Assembly (NCBI RefSeq): GCF_009914755.1
Contig: NC_060935.1
Length of the DNA stretch: 64,000 bases
From: the human T2T-CHM13v2.0 reference genome, Homo sapiens
Strand: one strand, 5' to 3'
Shown one piece after another: positions 54,751 to 64,000 of this stretch. The position numbers were made by a program, and so were the translations under genes. The notes below the pieces were generated by a model. That model did not search any database. It saw only the letters and a list, made by a program, of their open reading frames with translations, and was not told the origin of the DNA. Each line of letters begins with the position of its first letter. Position 1 is the stretch's first letter.

Positions 54751-55540
54751 AATATTTATTTTAAATATAAAGGTACTACATGTTAAAAGTAAAAGGATAG
54801 GATAGTGTAAACCACACTAACACTAGTCAAGAGAAAACTGGAGTTACTGTGTTACTATCAGACAAGGTAGGTTTTAGAGCAAAGGATATTATCAGAGCTA
54901 GAGAAGGTCATTTTATAGTTATAAAGGGATCAATTAATCAAGAGGACACAATTCTAAAGTGTTTATGCACCTTTAAAATATAGACAGTAAAAGTTGCTAG
55001 AGTTGCAAGGACAAACAGACAAATTGACAATTACAGTCAGAGATTTCAATATACTTCTCTCAATAAGTGGTAGAATAAGTAGAAAATAAATGAGAACATA
55101 GTACATTTGAATAGTACTATCAATCAATTTGACTGGATTGACATTTATAGAACATTCCATCTAACAACGGCAGAATACACCATCTTTTCAAGTATACACA
55201 AAGCATTTACCAAGACTGACCATATTCTGGGTCATAAAATAAATCTAAATAAGTTCCGAAGGATTTAAGTCATACAAAATATGTTCTCTGACCACAATGG
55301 AATTAAATTAGAAATTAATACCAGAAAGGTACCTGGAAAATCCCCAAAGTTCTGGTAACTGAGTCCCATACTTCTAAATGACCCATGATCATGACCCAAT
55401 AAGAAATTGAAAGGGAAATTACAAAGTATTTTGAAATAAATTAAAACGAAAACACAACATAGAATTTGTGGGATGCTGTTAAGCAGTATTTATGAGGAAA
55501 TTCATAGTGCTAAATGCCCATACTAGTAAAGAAGTATCAA

Positions 55541-55838
55541 CTGGGCGTGGTGGCTCACACCTGTAATTCCAGCACTTTGGGAGGCCAAGACAGGCAGATC
55601 ACCTGAGGTCAGGAGTTTGAGACCAGCCTGACCAACAAGGAGAAATCCCATCTCTACTAAAAATACAAAAATTAGCCAGGCGTGGTGGCGCATGCCTGTA
55701 ATCCCAGCTACTCGGGAGGCTGAGGCAGCAGAAATCACTTGAACCTGGGAGGTGGAGATTGCGGTGAGCTGAGATTGCACCACTGCACTCCAGCCTGGGC
55801 AACAAGAGCAAAACTCCATCTCAAAAAAAAAAAAAAAA
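55541..55838 (+). mobile_element. AluS
   Basis: TSD aaagaagtat. Confidence 0.9.
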
Positions 55839-56776
55839 GAAGTATTAAGTAAATATGCTCATATTGCATCTAAAGAAACTGAGAAAATTAAGAGAAAATT
55901 AAACCCCAAAGAAGCAGAAAAAGAAAATAACAAAGATCAATGGGGAAATTAATATTAATAAAACAGAAAACAAAATAAAACAAATACAGAAAGCCAATCA
56001 AGAGCTGGTTCTGTGTGATTAATAAAATGGATAAACCTGTAGCTATAAGGATTAGGGTAAAAAGAGAGATACCACAAATTTCCAGTATTGGAAATGAGTG
56101 AGGTGACCTCATTCAACAGATTTTACAGATATTGAAAGGATAATAAAGCAATATTATGAGCAACTTTATGTCAAAAAAAATTGAAAACTTGCATGAAATA
56201 GATTAATTCTCCTGAAAAACACAAATTACCATGGCTGGTTCAAAAAGAAAGATAACCTAAACAGCCCTATTGTAGTTAAAAACCTTCCCACAAAGAAAAC
56301 TTCAGGCCCCAGTGGCTTCACTGGTGAATTTCACCAAACATTTAAGAAAGAAATAATACTAAGTCTACACAAACGTTTTCAAAAAATTGAAGCAAAGGGA
56401 ATACATCTCAACTCATTTTATGAGGCCAGCATTACCCTGATGCTAAAACCAGACAAAGACATTTACAGAAAAAAAACAAAACTAAACTAAAGGCCAAAAT
56501 CGCTTATGATCACGAGCAAAAATTTTAAACAGTACTTTGGGGCATTGAATCTAGCAATATATTAAAAGGATAATACATCATGACCAAACGAAGTTTATCT
56601 CATGACTTCAGGGTTGAATGAACATTGGAAAAATCCCTCAGCATAATTCACCTGAAATTCAAGCTGAAAATCAATGATCTCAGTTGCCATCTCAAGACAA
56701 TAAAAAAAATTAACTAAAAAAGGAAAACCATGTAATCATTTCAATGGATGCAGAAAAAGCACTTGACAAAATTTAA

Positions 56777-57102
<326 letters not shown>

Positions 57103-57203
57103 CATTCCTGATTTTAAAATCTCTCGGCAAACTAGAAATAGAAGGGAACAACTTCAATCTGATTTTTAAAAATCCACAAAAAGCCTATAGCTATGATCAA
57201 TCT

Positions 57204-57534
57204 TCTTTTTTTTTTTTTTTTTTTGGACAGAGTCTCGCTTTGTTGCCCAGGCTGGAGTGCAGTGGTGCGATCTCGGCTCACTGCAACCTCTGCTTCCCGG
57301 GTTCAAGCAATTCTCTGCCTATGCCTCCCAGGTTCAAGCAATTCTCTGCCTCGGCCTCCTGAGTAGCTGGGATTACAGGTGCCTGCCACGATGCCTGGCT
57401 ACTTTTTGTATTTTTAGTAGAGATGGGGTTTCACCATCTTGGCCAGGCTGGTCTTGAACTCCTGACCTCGTGATCCACCCGCCTCGGCCTCCCAAAGTGC
57501 TGGGATTACAGGCGTGAGCCACTGCGCCCGGCCA
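57204..57534 (-). mobile_element. AluS with an internal 31-bp tandem duplication
   Basis: TSD agctatgatca. Confidence 0.9.
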
Positions 57535-58109
57535 GCTATGATCATTCTTAATGGCAAAAGACTGAATGTTTCCCCCTAAGATCAGGAGCAGGACAGGTTG
57601 TCCTCTCCCACCAATTCTATTCAACATTTTACCAGAGGTGCTAGCCAGAACAATCAGGCCAGAAGAAGAAATAGAAAACATCTAGGCTGGGTAGGAAGAA
57701 GTAAAACTGACTTTATTTTCAGGTAACATGATTATCTAGGTAGGAAACCTGATGGAATCTACCAAAAAAGCTACTGGAACTTGTAACTGATAACAGACAA
57801 GGTAACAGGTTGCAGGATCCATATTTAAAAACAATTGTATTTTTATATACTAACAACAAATAATTGGAAATTGAAATGTATAAAACAATGCCATTTATAA
57901 TAGCATCAAAAAATATCGAAGACGAAAATGAACCATATGTCGGGACATAAATTGAGCCTCAATGGCTTTCAAAAGTTAGATCATTTAGAGCATATTCTAT
58001 GAATTAATAAAAAAGAGATAATTGGAAAATCCTCAACTGACTGGGAAGCAAATAATGTACTTCTAAATAATCCAAAGGCCACAAGTAATCATAATGAAAT
58101 TTTAAAATA

Positions 58110-58400
58110 TTTTATTTATTTATTTTTGAGACAAGGTCTCCCTCTGTCACCAAGGCTGGAGTACAATGGCACAATCACAGCTCACTGTAACCTCGAACTT
58201 CTAGACTCAAGCAATCCTCTCACCTTAGCTCCCCGAGTAGGTGGGACTACAGGCCCAAGCCACAATGCCCAGCTAACTTTTAATTTTTTGGTAGGGACAG
58301 GATCTCTCCCAGGCTGGTCTCAAACTCCTTGGCTCAAGTGATCTTCCTGCCTCAGGCTCCCAAAGTGCCAGGATTACAGGCCTGAGCCACCTCGCCTGGC
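58110..58400 (-). mobile_element. AluJ
   Basis: Diverged Alu; TSD-like aattttaaa. Confidence 0.85.
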
Positions 58401-58713
58401 ACAATTTTAAATATAGCATTAACAAAATTGCTGAGATGTGACTAAAACAGTGCCCAAAGGGAAAGTTATAACTTTAAATAATAAATTAGAGATGAACAAA
58501 AGCTGAAAATCAGTGATCTCAGTTGCCATCTCAAGATGATTAAAAAAAAGCACCTGAAACCTAAAAAAAGTAGAAGGATATGACAAAGATAAGAGCAGAA
58601 GTTTAAGAATAGAAAACAGAATTTAAAAATTTAAAAAGCCAAAATTTGTTTTTTTAAAAAAGATTAATACATTTGAAAAAAAAATTAGCAAGACTGATTT
58701 TGAAAAAGAAAGA

Positions 58714-59075
58714 GGCCGGGCATGGTGGCTCACACCTATAATCCCAGCACTTTGGGAGGCCGAGGCAGGCGGATCACCTGAGGTCAGGAGTTCAAGACCA
58801 GCCTGGCCAACATGGTGAAACCCAGTGTCCACTAAAAATACAAAAATTAGCCGGACATGTTGGCAGGCGCCTGTAATTCCAGCTACTCAGGAGGCTGAGG
58901 TGGGAGAATCGCTTGAACCCCGAGTCGGAGGTTGCAGTGAGCCTGAGACTACACCACTGCACTCCAACCTCAGCAACAGAGCAAGAGACTCCCTCTCAAG
59001 AAAAAAAAAAAAAAAAAAGAAAAGAAAAGGAAAGAAGGGAAGGAAGGAAGGAAGGAAAAGAAAGAAAGAAAGAAA
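58714..59075 (+). mobile_element. AluS with an A/(GGAA)/(GAAA) tail
   Basis: Full dimer. Confidence 0.9.
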
Positions 59076-59872
59076 ATGTGAATTACTAATATTGGGAATG
59101 AATAAAAAAGGCAACATTACTCCAGATCCTAGACAATATATTTTGAACATTATTCCAATTTGGATGAAATGGACAAATTCTTCCAAAAGCCAAGTTCACA
59201 AAGATAAAAGAAGAAATAGAAGAGTACTGGGATATTCTGACATCCATTAAGGAAACTGAATCTTTGCCTCCCAGCTCTGTGCTGGCTTCCTTGGAGGCTC
59301 ATCCTCTGTGGGCGAATGCACGGTATTAGAGTCAGTTAAAAGATTTAAAGGGAATCTGCAGGCAGTTTTAGGGCTCCCTAATCTGCCACTCCCTTCTTCC
59401 TGAGATCTTTCCTTCTCCATTTCCGGCTGCTCTGGCAGCTCGGAACCCTGACCTGCAACTGAGTTCTCAGCCCAGCAGCACTCACCCTCATGCGGAATCT
59501 GGTCTCCTAAGTGCCACTCGGAACCAGAGTGAGCTCTCAGGGACCTCACCTAGTTTGCTCTACTCCTTCTACTTAACACGACCCTCTCAACGCTGTTGGC
59601 TCTTGCTTGTGCTCTAGTGCCTTCAAAATAGTTGGATTTGTTTGTTTTTGCAGATTATATATTTTTTGAAACATTTTCAAACTTTCAAAGGGGTTGCAAG
59701 AATAATACAAAGAACTCCTGTATACACTTTACACAGATTCATCAATTGTTAGCACATTTCCATGACTACTGTTCCTTATTGGTAGATGATAGATAGAAAT
59801 AGAGGTATGCGTCTATGCATGTATATACATATTTTTAAATAGACTTTTTTTTTTAGAACAGTTTTACGTTTA

Positions 59873-60341
<469 letters not shown>

Positions 60342-60487
60342 TCATATACCCCACATCCATTATTAACATCTTACATTAGTGTGGTACTTTTGTTACAATT
60401 AATGAACTTAATATTGATATATCATCACTGACTATAAAGTCCATACTGTAGTCACATTTCCTTAGTTTTCACCTAACGTTCTTTTCC

Positions 60488-60786
<299 letters not shown>

Positions 60787-61339
60787 TAATGTCCTTTTTC
60801 TACTCCAGCATCTGATCCAGGGTGTCATAATTAGTTGCCATGTCTCCATAGAATGCTTTTGGATGTGAGTCTCTGGGTTTTGGTGCCCTTGACAGTTCTG
60901 GTGCATACTGGTCAAGTGCAGTGTAGGAGTTCCCACTATTGGAGTTCATTTTATGGTTTCCTCATGGTTATCTGGGGCTGTGTGTTCTGGGAAGGAAGAC
61001 TACAGAGGTTAAATGCCGTTCTTGTCACATCACATGAAGGGTGTATACTATCAACGTAACTTACTGCTATTGATTTTCATCTTATTCAGCAGGCTGACGT
61101 TGTTTGTTGGCTTCTCCACTATAAAGTTATTCATTCTCCACTTTCTATGCTGTATTCTCTGGAAGGAAGTCACTGTACAGCCTGCACTTAGGAAGTCACT
61201 ATGTGCAGCCTGCACTTAAAGAGTGAGAAGGTTTTCTTCCTCCACCACCATTGATGGCAGATTATCTATGTAAGTGATACGAAATTCTTGTACATGGGAG
61301 ATCTGTCTCTTCTAATAGCTGAAGTTTTAAATATTTTAT

Positions 61340-61430
61340 TCAGAATTTATAACTGTTATCAGCCAAAGGGTGTTTGGAAATAGCTTGTACTGGAATAACC
61401 CTTTGGCTGATAACAGTTTATAGACTCTGA
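61340..61430. repeat. Inverted repeat: 21-bp perfect arms, 26-nt spacer
   Basis: aactgttatcagccaaagggt (61351-61371) and accctttggctgataacagtt (61398-61418). Confidence 0.92.
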
Positions 61431-63519
61431 GCGGGATCTCTCATATCTAACATTTGTTGGACACTTACTTGGTACCATGCACTGTCCTAAACATCATTCA
61501 CATATCTTATTTCATTTAATCTTTGCGATAACTCTACATAGTATTATTATGCCCATTTTATGCATAAAGAATCAGAGCCCTACTGGTGAGCCCCACTGCA
61601 TTCCCGTGTGTGCCTTGCACACCATACTTTTAAAATTTCAGTGAATTTCCTTGCCGTATTTGTCCATGAGGGTTTTGTGCTGCTAGGTGAGCCCTGCTCT
61701 CACTGGTCTTGTTCATGCATTTCTGGTTCCCCCCCCTTCCTTCCCTGCTGGGCCTGGTTGTGTAGTAACTGGGTGCCCAACTCAGCATGCTCCAGAGCCA
61801 ACCCCAGAATTCAGTTCCGTGATTTCTGATAGGTGCCTGAACTCTCAGACACAGACTATGAGACCCTGGCCACCATAACAGTCCCAGGGAATGAGGGGCC
61901 ATAGCCTGACACCTCCACTCACACATAAAGTACCCTTGCCACCCAAGGGCAAAAACAGCACCTCACACCTATGAGGACCTGAGAGATCTAGAAGTCTGTT
62001 TCACACTCTGAGCAAAATCCCCCACCCAGATGTTAAAAAGGCAAGAGGGCAGGCAGGGAGTTGAAGACTCAAAAGCCACTATGGTTGGAAAAGAAAACCA
62101 AACCAAACAATTTGTGGACGGTTAACCCACCTGCCCACAAAACAACCCTTAAAGAAGGACCCATGAGGTATGGTGGGGCTCAGCCAATTTTCACAAGTAT
62201 GAACCATTTAACGCTCAAGCTTTCACCCCTCCTTACTACCACCCCTAGTGCTTTGTGCTGGGCACCACAATGAGGTGAAAAGACAGCTTGGGTGCAGAAT
62301 CTCATTTGATTTTTACAAAAGCCTTAGGAGGATGCAGGGCAGGGATTCATACCCTCACTTTATCATAGAAATGGAGGCTTAGAGAGGTCAAGTGATTTGC
62401 CAAGCATGGTCCAGTAAGTGAACATGCTGTCCAACTCCATCTTGGACTTTATATGGAATGGCTCAGTGGAAAAGACTGGAGCCATTCCCATTAAAAAACA
62501 TCGAGTAGAGGCACCTAATAATAGTGGCCGATCAACAAAGATGCACATGAAACTGTTGGTCAAAACAGCACATTCTTCCCAAAGCTGGAGCACTTAGGAA
62601 GATGAGAATGTCTAGTGTTAACCAAGGAAGGTTCTCCATAAGCAGTGTTGAGTATTCTGCAGAAGGGGGGAAGAGAAGGCACAAAGAAGGCCAAATAGCT
62701 GCACACTCCCAGGACTGTGTCCCCACTCTCTGACTGCCATCTCCTAGAGAGCTCTGCCTGGCTGGGGTCCCCATACAGAAATCATCTGGTGGCCTGTGCA
62801 AGGAAACAGCCAACCTCAGAGTTCTATTCCCACTCAGACATGTCTCTGCGGGTTGCCAGCATATGGCCCACTGCCTAGCACACAGTGGGTGCACACTAAA
62901 TGTCTGTTGACTGGAATTAGCTGATAAATGTTTGCTGACTGAGGCACAGACAGGTGAAGTCACTCTTCCAATATTACACAGCCAGTAAGTAGCAGAAGTG
63001 AGATTCAACCCAAGTCAACAGACTATTCAGCACTTAACCCTCTCTGTTTTCCCCTCCACCATACAGCCTCTTGCCCCAAGGACCAGAATAATGTTGTTTT
63101 CTCATCCTATTCCTTCTCATTCCCAACACAATGTGTGCCACACGGTAGGCTCATAAGAAGTTTTTGTTGACTGAAGCTTAGCGGTCTGCCCCAACACTGA
63201 GCCTGGGGAGTTTCCTTATTAAACCACAAGCCACACTGAGCAGGAAGTGGAGGGATGGGCCTGAGTCAGGAATAGGAGGAAGAGGCCCTGGATACAGAGC
63301 AGTAGCCAAGGGTGAGGACTGGGGTAGAGGGTGGGGAGGAGGCACACCACAATAGTCTCCACACAATCTTTGAAACCCCACCCGCCACCCCAGGCCACCC
63401 CAAGCCCTGCACAACCTGCCAGAGCCAGCCATACCTCCGTTCTGCCATCTGTCCCCTCCACCTGGAAGTCTCTTCCTTCCCTCTTTGAAGGGAAGGTTAC
63501 CCCAACTCATGCAGATTTA

Positions 63520-63790
63520 AGGGTACTTCCTCCTGGAAGCTTTCTTGGCCTCCTTACCAGGTAAAACCCCAAATACAGGCTCTCATGGCACTTACCACAG
63601 TCGCAACTCTGCGTTTTATTTGAGTGACTATTTGATTCACATCCATCTCTCCTTCTAAACCGCAAGCTCCTGGGGGGCTCTCCTTTGCTCACCGTGTATT
63701 CCCAGCATCCTGCACACTGCCTTGCACTGAGGAAATAGCCAGTGACCCTGTGTCGAATAGGGAATGACTGAATGAATATAGAGATGAATG
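63520..63790 (+). mobile_element. L2 3' fragment
   Basis: ctcctggaagctttc...tgctcaccgtgtattcccagc...gaatgaat. Confidence 0.65.
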
Positions 63791-63809
63791 TTGAAACTGG
63801 AACACTCTC

Positions 63810-64000
63810 TGTGGTAGGATGAAAATGGCCCCCAAAAGATATCCAGACCTAATCCCTTGAACCTGTGAGTGTTACTTTATATGGGAACAGTGTCTTTGTA
63901 TATTGGGTCTTGAGATGGGGAGGTTATCCTAGATGATCAAAGTGAGCCCTAAATGCAATTGCATTGGAGCTCTTAAGAAATTTTTGGTATAAAAAAGAGG
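63810..64000 (+). mobile_element. MLT1D-like MaLR LTR, truncated by the window end
   Basis: tgtggtaggatgaaaatggcccccaaaagat...cttgagatggggaggttatcct. Confidence 0.75.

Overview
Primate (almost certainly human) genomic DNA. I recognise it as the TMPRSS13 (MSPL) locus at 11q23.3. Bases ~1-21,800 hold coding exons 1-9 of TMPRSS13 on the minus strand. All splice junctions are GT-AG and phase-consistent. They encode the repetitive cytoplasmic tail, TM helix, LDLa, SRCR, the R320|IVGG activation site and the catalytic His and Asp. The later exons, including the catalytic Ser, lie left of the window. The remaining ~42 kb is upstream intergenic DNA dominated by Alu, L1, MIR, L2, LTR (MER57, MER39, MLT1, MLT2A) and hAT MITE relics, with no other supportable protein-coding gene. 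The best candidate for an undescribed system is regulatory and is a hypothesis: a 6x58-bp intron-1 minisatellite carrying 11 perfect E2-boxes as inverted pairs (ZEB/SNAI-type), a GC-box plus GRHL-like motif at the promoter, and a two-ATG uORF in the leader. The window also has several short templated duplications. These include a 95-bp inverted capture 20 kb from its source, a duplicated splice donor, direct repeats around the TM exon and a pre-miRNA-sized hairpin. Repeat subfamily names come from remembered consensus sequences and need RepeatMasker/Dfam confirmation.
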